From: Octopus sinensis
Lineage: Eukaryota
Assembly (NCBI RefSeq): GCF_006345805.1
Contig: NC_043022.1
Span: 22,010,001 to 22,074,000 of the forward strand
Direction of reading: 5' to 3'
DNA length: 64,000 nt
Shown: one piece after another, positions 38,170-50,961 of the stretch
How positions within the stretch are numbered: position 1 is the stretch's first letter
Layout of the letters: every line of letters starts with the position of its first letter
Notes under the pieces: generated by a model
Databases searched by the model: none
Told to the model about the DNA's origin: nothing
Seen by the model: only the letters and a program-made list of their open reading frames with translations
Translations under genes and position numbers: made by a program

Positions 38170-38540
38170 ACAGGCATGACTGCATGGTAAGAAGTTTGCT
38201 TCCCAACCACATGGTTCTGGATTCAATCCTACTGCATGGCACCTTGGGCAAGAGCCTTCTACTTTCGCCTTGGGTCAATGAAAACCTTGTGAATGCAGTT
38301 CATAAATGGAAACTGAAATAAGCCTGTTGTATGTGAGTGTGTGCACATATCTTTGTGTTTGTATCCCACTACACCGCTTGACAACCAGTTGTTAGTTTGT
38401 TTACATCTCTGTAACTTAGTGGTTCGGCAAAGAGGCCAACAGAATAAAAAAAAGTGCTGAGTTGATCTGTTCAGCTAGAAATTCTTTGAAGCAGTGCCTC
38501 AGCATGGCCACAGTCTAATGTCTAAACAAGTAAAAGATAA
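38170..38540 (+). mobile_element. SINE family A (diverged)
   Basis: Head ggtaagaagtttgcttcccaaccacatgg to tail aaacaagtaaaag. Confidence 0.75.
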
Positions 38541-39571
38541 CACATATATATATATACACAGACTGGAACCTGGTGCAGCCTCCTGGCTTCCCAGACCCCG
38601 ATCAAACCATCTAACCCATGCTAGCATGGAAAACGGACGTTAAACGATGATGACGATGACACAAATACAGATATCATACTTTTATCACTACTATCGCTGT
38701 CATCCATGTATCTATTGCTCATGCTTCTAGCACTCATGGCCCTTACTACTTATTTCTCAATTACTACCACTCCTTCTAAATCTCACTTTACTATGCTACT
38801 AGTGTGACTAAGGATGGTAGTGTATCTCTGTTCTTCACCATACAGTGCTTCTAGTACAACTAAGGATGCTAATACTCTCGCTAACACTCTAGCCGTTCTC
38901 TCATCCTTATCGCTGCTTCACCCACATTGAGACATTTACTTAAGAACCTATTTCTTTATTACCCACAAGGGGCTAAACATAGAGGGGACAAACAAGGACA
39001 GACATAGGTATTAAGTCGATTACATCGACCCAGTGTTTAACTGGTAACCTTCCCCAGATTCACATGTACCCCATAAACTCTACCTATACTCTCTTCTAAG
39101 TTGTTTGGTATTGACCCTCATCATTCACCATCAAGATTTATCTACCTCTTTCTATCCCTCACCCATCACATTCTCACCTCTATCCTCCCTGGTGCTGGTG
39201 TCACAATAAAATGACCTCAGTGCATTCTGTTAAGAATGGGGAGAAGAGATCTTTTCAGTCTTGTCAAAGACATGGTAACCTCCCTAGTGTCGGTGCGTCA
39301 AAAAACAAAAGGCACCTAATGCACTCAGAAAAGCAGCTGTTGATGTTAGGAAGGACATCCAGGTATAGAAACCAAGCCAAAATGAAACTTATAAGCAATG
39401 TGGTCATTTGATCTATTTGGGAGTGCAGCAACAAGGTATGACACCTCTACAAGCATGGAAAGTAGATGTAAAGCAATGATGACTAATTATATGAAAACAC
39501 AAAGAGAAAGCACAACAACGCAAGGACGTGGAACAAGTATAGTATTATTGGACGCTCAGGAAAGAAGGATG

Positions 39572-39606
39572 GTTTAACGTTTTGAGCAGAGCTCTTCGTC
39601 AGAAAC
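39572..39606 (-). ncRNA. Minimal hammerhead ribozyme with G12-to-A change, in a ~220-bp repeat (about 39483-39705)
   Basis: Minus strand gttt-CTGACGA-a-gagc(tct)gctc-AAAA-cgtt-aaac; stem I gttt/aaac, palindromic AACGTT stem III. Confidence 0.7.
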
Positions 39607-40133
39607 ATAGGAAAAGGAAAGATCCAAAGAAGGGAAGACAGAGGAAAAAAAAATCGACAACAGTACACACGCGGTCACATTTTGAATGTATATATATATA
39701 TACACATCTACATATATTCAGTCAACAGCTGAAATCTGGAGGTGCTCAATATAAAGTCTTTATTGAGGACTAGGTCCCTGGAGTAAAGAGTGGCTATAAG
39801 AGAAATCTAGGTGAGCTGATATGAGTTAGTTATACAGGTAAATACAATAAGGTTTTGATATATATTAATATACATACATATACACAGAGAGACAACTAAA
39901 AAAAATTCATCCTCAAACCCAACAAATTCATTTACGTGTGTGTGTGTGTGTGTGTGTAGTTGTAGGCAGAGTAATAAAAGTCAAACATTGAGGAAGGAAA
40001 TTTATGTGGGGTTTGGTGTAGGGTTGCAACCATCCAACTGTTGCACCCTTGCAGAAACTGAACAAGAGAAACAGTAGAACACATGACACCAAGGAGCAGG
40101 GCAGGGTTTTAAAAAAAATATGATAATACATAC

Positions 40134-40787
40134 ATTGAACTCTGAACCATGAAGCTGGGGTCCCATTTTATAGTGGGAACGTATAAGAAGCTGAGGAAGA
40201 TCAACAAATTTGTTGTTGTTGTTGTTGTTAGAGTTATCTTCATCATCACTGGCAGTAGTGATCCAACAGCGAAAGTTGTTGCATATAAAATCCTTGACAG
40301 AGTATTCCAGTGACAGAGATGTGTCACAAGAAGAGTAGGCAGATGAAGAAGAGAGAGAACTGGCTAAAGATGAGCACGATTCGAAGGACGAGAAGGAAGA
40401 TTCCAAAGAAAGGAACTTGGTTTGGGTAGCAGAACCGTGAAGGCTGCTCAGGTCCTCGTCAATGTAGGAAATAAGATCATCCTCATCAGAGAGGGGTTGT
40501 TTGGTCTTGGTTTGCCCCTCACTTTTGTCTGGACTTTCAGCAGGTAGACATGGGTAAGACAGTAAAGGTAACACAGCTGTAGTAGTGTTATTTTCCTCAT
40601 CTGGCTCTTCTTCAGCAAGGTATTGTGCAAGTAACAGATTTTGGGATGGCATGATAATCATGCAGGAAATATAACTGTTCAGCTGATTGCTAAAGTCAGT
40701 GTGAAGAACAGAGTCCGGCCACTTCACAGGACACCTTGACTTCGTGCTTACTGGTAGAATTTGGTGGGTACTGATAAGTTCTTCCAT
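40134..40787 (-). CDS. Candidate alternative first coding exon of MYO18 (218 aa, Ser/acidic-rich)
   Basis: Longest ORF in the window and non-repetitive; acaATGG start; AAT|gtatgt donor after exactly 218 codons (phase 0, matching the 20505 acceptor). Confidence 0.6.
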
Positions 40788-42089
40788 TGTTGTATAACAG
40801 GGGCTGAGAGGGAAAGAGAGAGAGAGTGGATTGAAGGCAAAGAAGAGTGGGGAGGGAGTAGAGAAGGGAGTGTGTGGTATATGTGGTGAAAAAATTTAAG
40901 GGATACCAATATGAAACTGTGTTTCAAAGGAGGTGGTGGTTGAAGAACTGGTTGTTTGGGAGTGAATGGTGTCTAAAGTTCCGTGGGAAGAAGGGTTCAT
41001 AGTTACACCTTAACTACTGCAGGTAGCGAAACAGTGGATGGAACAGTCAGGATTGAAGGGGACTGTGTGAGAAGAGTCTACCCCGGAAGACTGAGAAAGG
41101 TATTCTAACTAAACTGACTTAGTTACAGTAGTAACACGGAGAGGAGAGGAGAAGGCAGAGGAGAGAGTGTGAGAGAGAGAGAGAGTGTGAGAGAGAGAGA
41201 GAGAGAGGCAGGGAGGGGGATTAACAAGTAAACAGACTGTGAATACCAACTAACAGACAAACAGCAGATGGGATGGAGGTGGAGGAGGTGAGTGTAGGTG
41301 TAGTGAATCAGATGGTAGTGAGACATCATCATCATCATCACCATCATCATCATGGGTACTGTACAGACAGTATGTGTGTGGGGGTGGGGGGGGTTGGTTG
41401 TAGTGTGAAGGTAAGGACGACAGAAGAAGGTGAACATCAACAGAAAGTCTGGTGAGGAGACTGACAGAGGAAGTAGTTGCAATGTTCAACAGTGGTGGCA
41501 ATTGTAACTACTACTACTACAACAGTAGCATTAGTAGCAGCTACAACAACTAGTAACAACAGAACTCCATCACTATATACAAAAGGTATAATGCTTGCAT
41601 GGCTTATGTGTGTGATTATAAACACACACACACATATGCACACACACACACATGCACACACACACACACGCACACACACATGCACACACACGCACACACA
41701 CACACACACATGCACACACACACACACACACATTGAAATACAGGTATACTCAAATGCACATAGAATCTCCAACCACAAATCCTCATTTAGGATCCTGGAA
41801 AAGATGCTATGCCACATCCTTTGTTGACCACGTATGGCACCCGAAGGACAAAGGGAAGATCCTAGAAAAAACTAAGTTCCTGTATCAACGGGAACAAATG
41901 TTGCAAGCTGTGCATAGCAGAATGGGCAAAGTTATTAAGGAGCTCCCTCGACCCAGGGAATATCTTAAATTCAATGATGGAAGTTTTCAGAGCCTTTTCA
42001 GAGCCTATTTACACTTCAAGCGATTCCTACTAAGATCCTGGGACCTGCAAGCTAACTGGGTGGATTGCAGATAATGGTCTAAAGAAGAC

Positions 42090-43130
42090 AACCCCTTCTT
42101 GGTATTCACACCAGAAGCTCCAATAGGAACATTTCAGAGTGTTTGAGTGTCGATCTGAGGACAGTGCAGAGGATTTGGAAAGAGTTGGATGAGTCTATTG
42201 GTGACTATGAAGGTATGGTAGATCGGAAAACTCATTCTGATCATTCTAATAAGAAAAGAACTCCTGAATTTATTGATGAGGTCCTGGTCATGATTGACAA
42301 TAATCCCTCCAAGTCAATCAGGTCCATTGCCAGGAATATGGGAGTATCTGAGTTTCTTATCAGGTAAGTAGTACATGAAGACATTCAGTATTCCTCATAC
42401 AAGATGAGAAAGGGCCAGTTTTTATCCCAAGCCATCAAGGACAAGAGGAAACACCGTGCTACGAAGCTTTTGAACAAACTCAAGCATTCTCTCCATGTTT
42501 TGGCTTTTCTCAGACGAGAACAATTTCTGTCAGGATTAGATGGTGAACACACAGGTCAACCGTTGGCTTGCTGTGTCCCCAAAACATGTGCCGAGAGTGA
42601 TACAAGTCAAACATCCAGTCAACACAGCCTCAAGCTCAACACAGAGGCTTACATCAAGTTCCTGGAGGAAGTAGTGCTGCACTGAGTGAAAAGGGTAGCT
42701 ACTAGAAGACCCTGTGTCTGGCAACAGGGCCCTGCACCATGCCACGCAAGCAGGAGAACCCAGTCATCGCTGTCAGACAATTTCTGCAACCTTAGCACCC
42801 CTAATATCTGGCCACCTAACTTCTTAGACTGAAACCCCCTTGATTATTATGTGTGAGGTGCAGTTGAGCGAGAGACCAATAAAACTCCTTGTAACAGCAA
42901 AGATGAATTGAAGGCAAGGATTATAGCAGCATTCACCAACTTAAATGAGGAAACCATCCAGAAGAGTTGCAGGAGATTCCAAAGTCATCTGGAGGCTGTG
43001 GTTTAAACCAATGACGATTTTATTGAATAAATTTACTCTTTAGTATTTTAAGATATTTTTATGTAATTTTGGTAAATATATCTATTGAAATGAGATGTCA
43101 GTGTTATTTTCAGTTTGCGTAAATTAGCCA
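42090..43130 (+). mobile_element. DD37D (maT-like) Tc1/mariner transposase remnant
   Basis: RTPEFIDEV...NPSKSIRSIARNMGVSE, FSDE, QQGPAPCH and WPPNFLD*NPLDY motifs. Confidence 0.75.
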
Positions 43131-43589
43131 ACAGCAATTGAGGAGAGTGTGACAAAGAGACAGAGACACAGAAGCAGGTGTTTTTCCACAACGGAGGAGG
43201 TGATCCAGTATCAAATGATGAAGTGTAACAGAGAAATAGAGGCAGAAATAGGTGTCTTGTTATAGAGGAGGTACATGGTTACCCAGTGAGAGAGAGAGAG
43301 AGAGAGAGAGGTACAAAAAAGAGGCTAGATACAAGTGTGCTGATGTAAAGGAGATACTTGGTGATCTAGTCTGAGGTAAAACAAGAGGAGAGAGAGAGAG
43401 AGAGAGAATAGGAAACAGCAAAAGTGTAAGAGAGAGTAGAAGAGAAATGGTGTAGTTTTAGGGTATACTCGCAAGTAATAAGAATATGAGCGTAGAACCT
43501 GGTTAGAAAAACAGGGTGTGGGTGTTGGGAGCAGGGCAGTGAGGGCAAGAAAGGAGATTGGAAAACAGTCATGATTTATGAAGAAGAAT

Positions 43590-44085
43590 TGTGAGGAAGA
43601 GAAAGATGCAGATAGAAGAGGAGTTGTAGTTCAATTTCTTAGGGCAGAGTGGGTGAGAAGTGTGTTGTTACATGTGGGTGGGACCCAACTCTTCTAGCAC
43701 TCAGTTTCATGAACGGGTCTTCCCTAGGACCTCATATCACCAAACATCTTGCTCCACTGTCATTTTCTCTATAAGTCCCGAAAATCCTAAAATCAGTCCT
43801 TACCACTTCATCCCATGTCTTTCTGGGTCTCTCTCGTCCGCAGATACCATCCACTTTCAGTGACAGGCACTTCAGTATACAGCTAGTCTTCACTCATACA
43901 CATCACTTGTCCAAACCAATGCTTTCTCATCTCCTGCAGGCCACATTTGGTCCCTCTTATGCCCAACTTTTCTCTCAACACAGTTGTGCTTTCTCGGCCG
44001 TGCACACCGATGTTGCAAATCCAACAAAGCACTCTACCTTCATTCCCCTCCAGCCTCCGCATGTCCTTCACAGTCAGAGCCCATG
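43590..44085 (-). mobile_element. RTE LINE 3' fragment
   Basis: VETWALTVKDMRRLE...LREKLGIRG...HWFGQVMCM. Confidence 0.75.
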
Positions 44086-44267
44086 TCTCAACACACACAA
44101 GCATGTATCTGACTCATACATTGTTCGCTTTCCAGATATTTGTATATTACTGCATGTACTTTATACGCACTGTTTGACAAGTTGTGGTGCACCCGAGCAC
44201 TGTATACAATAATTTCATTATTATTATTATTATTTCTCGTAGAGACATGTACGGTGGTGGGGCGATA

Positions 44268-44416
44268 GAATGGTTGTATACTGTCAAATGTATATAAGGA
44301 CACAGGGAAAAATGTGTCAAAGCCATCAGGAGGTGTTCGATGCTTCCTAGGGCTATACAGCAGTGGTGTACCCCCTACTGTCACGTTCTTGTTAGATTGA
44401 CAGTATACAACCATTC
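44268..44416. mobile_element. Small MITE with TA flanks
   Basis: Perfect 20-bp TIR gaatggttgtatactgtcaa / ttgacagtatacaaccattc, TA on both sides. Confidence 0.8.
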
Positions 44417-44760
44417 TATTATTATTTTATTATTTTAATAATGACACACAAGTGTGCATGAATGTGTGAATCTGTATGTTTTGATGTGTTCATGTGGCTG
44501 TATATATTATAGCCTAAACTTGTGGATTATTTCACATTGCTGGTTTGTAATTTTCTAATTAGCCATGCTCTTCTGATTTTCTATGTGCACATGTATGTAT
44601 GTATGTATGTATGAGTGTTGAATAAGCTGGTATTTTAATATGCCAGATAGAGTGACATTCTGGTTATATGTTTACACACACATAGTGTGTGTTTGTGTGT
44701 GTGTACATACATGTTTGCAAGGTTTAATATATGTATGAATGAACACACACACACACACAC

Positions 44761-44794
<34 letters not shown>

Positions 44795-45133
44795 GATGTA
44801 GGTGATATTAAGAACAAGATGACAGTTCAAGAAATCAAAGGTTGGGATGGAAGATCTAGCAAGAACAACAACAACATCAACAGATGTAAAAGGAGAAGTG
44901 GGTAAGAGGGGGGGAAAAAGAGTAAATATAACCAAAACATTTACATATATCAGGATGTATTGCAAAATTGAGATGAAATACAGTGAGAAGATGGTAGAAA
45001 AGGAAGAGGTGGAGGGGGGAGGTTTGTTAAGGTTTGGGTAAAATAAAAGGGTGGAAAGTGGGTAGGTGAGGACAACGTCAGCAGGGTATCTGGTGTAAAC
45101 ATGCCGAGACCCTCAGGTAAATCGTGTGTTTAC

Positions 45134-45328
45134 CTTGCCTAACCCATATGGGATGTGTAGAAAAGGGGGCAGAGTGGGAAGGGGGAAGTGGTTGTAGATG
45201 CTGGCAAGGGTAGGTTGGGTGTCTGTAGGTACAGGGGAAAGTGGGAAGGGTGGGGGCTTCTGTGGCTTCAAGGGGTTCCCTTTCTTTCTTCTATTTTGGT
45301 AACCGAGTTTAAGTCGTAAGTTCAGCAT
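45134..45328 (-). CDS. Second candidate alternative first coding exon of MYO18 (65 aa, basic/Pro-rich)
   Basis: agaATG start; MLNLRLKLGYQNRRKKGNPLKPQKPPPFP...IPYGLGK; AAG|gtaaac donor in phase 0; TE-poor island. Confidence 0.4.
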
Positions 45329-45679
45329 TCTGACAACACTAACCCAACCTTGAGTCTGCTTTTTAGTCAGCATCACTATCACCAACATCGCTACTATACT
45401 TACCACAACACCCCCCACAACTTGTCATACCCTTCTCCATTACCATATCATCTTCATCATAAGAAACCCATCATCACAACCATTTTCATAACTGTAATAT
45501 CATCGTCGTCATCTCCACCACCATCAACATTGCCATCACTTATAACACCCTCATCATCACTATCATCATCACCATCATCACATCCATCTCCATCATCATC
45601 AATATTGCCAACATAATCATCATAATGTTCATTCCTATGATCTCCATCACTATCATCTTCATTAACATATGTCTGTTTC

Positions 45680-46375
45680 TTTATTACCGACAAGGGGCTA
45701 AACACAGAGCGGACAAACAAGGACAGACAAAGGGATCAAGTCGATTACATCAACCCCAGTGCGTAACTGGTACTTAATTTATCGACCCCGAAAGGATGAA
45801 AGGCAAAGTCAACCTCGGCGGAATTTGAACCCAGAACATAACGGTAGACGAAATACGGCTACGCATTTCGTCCGGCGTGCTAACGTTTCTGCCAGCTCGC
45901 CGCCTTATTAACATATATCATCAGTATCGCTATGACATCCTAATTCTCACCATCATTATCATAGGTTCACCATCTCAACAAGCCACTGGACAGTTATAAC
46001 TAGAGTATTTTTTGATCTGCTCAGTTGTGTCCGCTTGGTCAAGGCTGATGCAGGGCTGAACAACAATAAAGGATTAGGTAACTGAACCCGTAATTGAAAC
46101 TGTAACCTATTCTGTCATTTTTCTATTTGTTTTTCACTTCCTTCTTATTTCTTTATTGCCCACAAGGGGCTAAACATAGAGGACAAACAAGGACAGACAA
46201 AGGGATTAAGTCGATTACATTGACCCCAGTGCATAACTGGTCCTTAATCTATCGATCCCGAAAGGATGAAAGGCAAAGTCAACCTCGGCGGAATTTGAAC
46301 TCAGAACGTAACGGCAGACGAAATACGGCTACACATTTCACCCGGCGTGCTAACGATTCTGCCAGCTCGCCACCT
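45680..46375 (-). mobile_element. Two SINE family B copies (45680-45905, 46145-46375)
   Basis: Reverse complements of the 5428 and 27998 copies. Confidence 0.8.
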
Positions 46376-47002
46376 TGTTTTTCACTTCCTTCTATTCAAA
46401 CCTATAAGATGATGATGATAACGAGGAAGAGGAGGAGAAGGAGCTATAAATTTTCAGGGCTCTCTCTGACTCTGTCCACCCAACTCTAAATAGGTACAAC
46501 ACAGAGGTATAACTAATGAAACACTAGAAGTATGGAAGCAGTACCATGAAATTAAAGCGTAATTAGTTAGCTTGTAGTCAGAGGAATCCTGTTTTGAGAG
46601 AAATCTACCTGCAATGGACTGGCATTCTCATCATGCCCAACGCTGCAGAAAGCAGAGATAAGCACTGCCCCTTGTACTTTCATGGAATTTGGAAGATAAG
46701 AAAAAAAGGAAAAAGAAAAAAAAATTAGTTAAAGCTGCGTTTTAGATATATCAGTTGTAATTTGAGAGGGAAAAGTATAGATAAGACATTAGGGATTAAG
46801 GTAGGTTTTCAAATTGGTGTTTAACATCTACTATGTGGGATTACAGTTATTTATAGGGTTTGGCTGGTTACAGTTTTTATCTAAAACCTGATGGATACAC
46901 ACTATTACACACAGTCTGTAACACAAATATACACACATAAACACATATATTTTCACACTCTTGGATAGATTCTATAACACACAGAATACAAAATACATAT
47001 AT

Positions 47003-47416
47003 AGGCGCAGGAGTGGCTGTGTGGTAAGTAGCTTGCTTACCAACCACATGGTTCTGGGTTCAGTCCCACTGCGTGGCATCTTGGGCAAGTGTCTTCTGCT
47101 ATAGCCTCGGGCCAACCAATGCCTTGTGAGTGGATTTGGTAGACGGAAACTGAAAGAAGCCCGTCGTATATATGTATATATATATGTGTGTGTATATGTT
47201 TGTGTGTCTGTGTTTGTCCCCCTAGCATTGCTTGACAACTGATGCTGGTGTGTTTACGTCCCTGTTACTTAGCGGTTCAGCAAAAGAGACCGATAGAATA
47301 AGTACTAGGCTTACAAAGAATAAGTCCTGGGGTTGATTTGCTCGACTAAAGGCGGTGCTCCAGCATGGCCACAGTCAAATGACTGAAACAAGTAAAAGAG
47401 TAAAGAGTAAAAGAGT
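47003..47416 (+). mobile_element. SINE family A, complete reference-like copy
   Basis: ggcgcaggagtggctgtgtggtaag (A box) ... ggttcagtccc (B box) ... aagtaaaagagtaaagagtaaaagag tail. Confidence 0.9.
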
Positions 47417-47741
47417 ATATTATTACACACAGACAACATACATATACTATCACACATATATATTTCTTTATTGCCCAAAAGGGGCTAAACATAGAGGGGA
47501 CAAACAAGGGCAGACAAAGAGATTAAATCGATTACATCGATCCCCAGTGCATAACTGGTACTTTATTTATCAACTCCGAAAGGATGAAAGGCAAAGTTAC
47601 ACTGTTACAGCACACAGAGACTACAGAACACACAAATCATTACACAGCTTGTGACACTTTATCACATAGCCTCATCCTGTCTATCACACAAAGAGACTTA
47701 TACTGATTCTTAGCAAATATATTTGTACTTTCTCTCTCTCT

Positions 47742-48070
47742 ATCCACTCAGTCGAAGTCGACTCTCGGTCACTCGTTGGATCAGTGTCCTCCAGTCAGTT
47801 CTATCCTGGGCCGCTTCTTTAAGATTGGCTATGTCCATTCTGGTATCACTTTTGATGGTGTCAAGCCAGCGGGTTCTTGGTCAGCCTCTTCCTCTCTTGC
47901 TACTGACCATTCCGAGCATGATGTCCTTCTCCAGGGATTTTCTCCGCATAATATGACCGAAATATGCCAATCTACGCTTGGTGATCCTAGCTTCTAGCAA
48001 CATTTTCAGCCTTATCTGCTTAAGAACTTCTCCATTGGTGAGCCTCGCTGTCCATGGAATCCGCAAAAGT
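47742..48070 (-). mobile_element. RTE-BovB-like LINE 3' fragment
   Basis: RIPWTARLTNGEVL...RRLAYFGHIMRRKSLEKDIMLG...DWRTLIQRVTESRLRLSG*. Confidence 0.85.
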
Positions 48071-48089
48071 CTTTGTACTTTAGCAAACC

Positions 48090-48318
48090 TTAACCCTTTA
48101 GCATTCAGATACTTCTGTCAAATGTAAAGCTTATTTATTCACACCATGTAAAATTAATCCTGCATTATTTCATGGCTTTGAGATTTCAATGATGTGATTG
48201 TTTATTTTTAAAAATGACACAATAAGGTAGCTATGAATGACCATATCGGACTAGTTTGAACATAAAATAGGTAGAATATTTTGGCCGGATATGGCCGGTT
48301 TAAACACCAAAGGGTTAA
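48090..48318. mobile_element. piggyBac-like MITE
   Basis: TTAA-ccctttagca ... caaaggg-TTAA. Confidence 0.8.
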
Positions 48319-49049
48319 ATCTGACAGGGAGGGCTTCATTAATCAAAACTTCCAAAACCGATCTAATTGACTCTTTCACCACTACTACAACAACCACTGC
48401 TCTTCTTAACCCCCCCCCCCCCCTGACTGCATAGAACCCCCACTTCTTTCACATAAAATAATTCGCTGTTCCCAAGTATATCTTTTTTCCAGACAACTCA
48501 GTAACCACTATCTTCATGCTGAAAGCAAGCCTCTCCGTTTTTTCTATTTAGAATCTCTCCCTCTGTCTTAATTACAAATCCATAACATGTATGGTGTATC
48601 CAAGACTACATTATGCAACACACAAACATATTCATTCCTAATATGTACTCTGTATTTCTAGCAACTCGTAGCAGTTGCCTACATTTTGTATGTAGTGTAC
48701 CAATAACTAATCAAACACTGTAAATAAATACCTTTCAATCATGAATCGGTTTACGTATTTGTTTACATACACACTTAACCACTACATGTGCTTTGTGTTA
48801 GAAAACAGGAAGATGCAATTTGAGATTTTAGCTGCTATTTCTAAAAGTTAGAGACTAGGCAGACTAGACATTATTTCATCACAGGCACACCTTGATTGAG
48901 TAGGCCAAAGATTAAAAAAACCTATCAGCCTGTGTCATTAATTCATTCATAATTATATAAGAAGTGTTCTGTCAGACAGTTTCAATTCATTTTCAATATG
49001 ATCAAAAATTATTAATTAACAAGATATTAGTAACTTTAAATATTGGTAT

Positions 49050-49764
49050 TGATTTTAAACAGTTTTGACCAAGTGGTCAGTATTCAATAAAATTGCCATT
49101 GGCTTCAACCACGGCCTCCAGACGACTTCAAAATCTCCTGCAACATTTCTGGATGCTCTCCTTGCTTAAGTTGGTCAATGCTGCCATAATCCTTGCCTTC
49201 AGTTCATCCTTGGGGTTACAAGGAGTTTTGTGGATCTCTTGCTCAACTGCACCCCACACATAATAATCAAGGGGCTTGCAGTCTGGAGAAGTAGGCGGCC
49301 AGATGATAGGGTAATGTGGTCACAGAAATTGTCTGACAGCCAGACCGGGTTCTCTTGCTTGTGTGGTATGGTGTAGAGTCCTGTTGCCAGACAAAGGGTC
49401 TTCCAGCAGCCACCCTCTTCACCAAGGGCGGCACTAGGCCTCCATGTGGAGTCCGAAGCAGTGTAGGAAGATGGATGTAGTCATCATAATGCTGACTGGA
49501 TGTTTGATTTCTATCACTCTTGGTACTCTGCACTATCCTCAGATTGACATCCAAACACTCTGAAATGTTCATATTGGAGCTTCTGGCATGAATGCCAGGT
49601 AGTACAGCATGTCATTTCCAAATTTCTGGCATCATGGTGGTGTTTTTCTCACAGATGGTGCCCAGCTGACTCTACTATACTGTGTAGTTGCCAAAATCAA
49701 AAACAAACAAAGCGCCTGCATGAAATTAAAAATATAAAATGCCGACAGTTTACCCATTACATCC

Positions 49765-49770
<6 letters not shown>
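49050..49770 (-). mobile_element. Internally deleted maT-like element (duplicate at about 52340-53090)
   Basis: WVKRVAAGRPFVWQQDSTPYHTSKRT motif; homologous to 42090-43130. Confidence 0.75.
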
Positions 49771-49800
<30 letters not shown>

Positions 49801-49873
49801 TATATGTAAATATATGTATATATGTATGTGTATACACATATATATATATATATATATGTATGTATGTGTATAC

Positions 49874-49907
<34 letters not shown>

Positions 49908-49990
49908 GTATACATATATATATATATAATATATATATATGTATGTATGTGTATACATATATATATATGTATGTATGTATGTATGTGTAT

Positions 49991-50028
<38 letters not shown>

Positions 50029-50095
50029 GTATGTGTATACATATATATATATGTATGTATGTATGTATGTGTATATATATATATATATATATGCA
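49770..50095. repeat. Long compound (TA)n/(TATG)n microsatellite (counterpart about 53090-53375)
   Basis: Direct inspection. Confidence 0.95.
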
Positions 50096-50909
50096 CACAT
50101 ATTTGCCACTATCTCTCCTGCTCTCTCTAGAACTCTTGCTGTTTTCCACTCTTTCTCTCTCTCTCTCTCTCTCTCACTAGGTAACCATGTACTTTTTCTA
50201 CAGCAAGGCACCTGTTTCTGTCTCTCTATAACACTCTAACCTGCCATCATCTGATATTTTTATTTTCACATAATAGGTGCAGGCGTAACAGTGTGGTTGA
50301 GAAGTTTGTATTTTTGGATTCAGTTTTCTACTGCATGGCACCTTAGGCAAGTGTCTTCTGACGTTCACGATGGAAACTGAAAGAAGTCATTCATACACAT
50401 GCATGCATGCACGTATGTGTGTATGTTTGTGAATATGCTTCTGTTACCTTGTCTTGACATTGCATTATTGTTGAAAACAAACGTCATTCATTTCCAATAT
50501 TCTTCAAAAACATGTCTAGCCTTGGAAGAAGCATCATCTTGCTGGGAAACAAGTATGGCTTGGCAACAAGAAAAGCATTCAGCTGGAGAAAACCTGTCTC
50601 AATAAACAGTCCAACAAAAGCAGGCATAGAAATGTGACTACAAATGTAATTCTGAACAATTTACAGTTTTTGGCTCGCTTTATGTGGCTTCTTCGCATTA
50701 GACTCTTTACTCTTTTACTTATTTCAGTCATTTGACTGTGGCCATGCTGGAGCACCGCCTTTATAGTCGAGCAAATCAACTCCGGGACTTATTCTTTGTA
50801 AGCCTAGTACTTATTCTACCAGTTACTTTTGCTGATCTGCCAAGTTATGGGGACGTAAACACACCAGCATCGGTTGTCAAGCGATGTTGGGGGGAGGGAC
50901 AAACACACA

Positions 50910-50961
<52 letters not shown>

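Noticed and set aside
49739-50239. Many long ORFs rich in [12 protein letters not shown] or ERER (here and at 1111, 13969, 41437, 52954-53483 and others)
   Set aside because: Translations of dinucleotide microsatellites, which lack stops in some frames; not protein coding.
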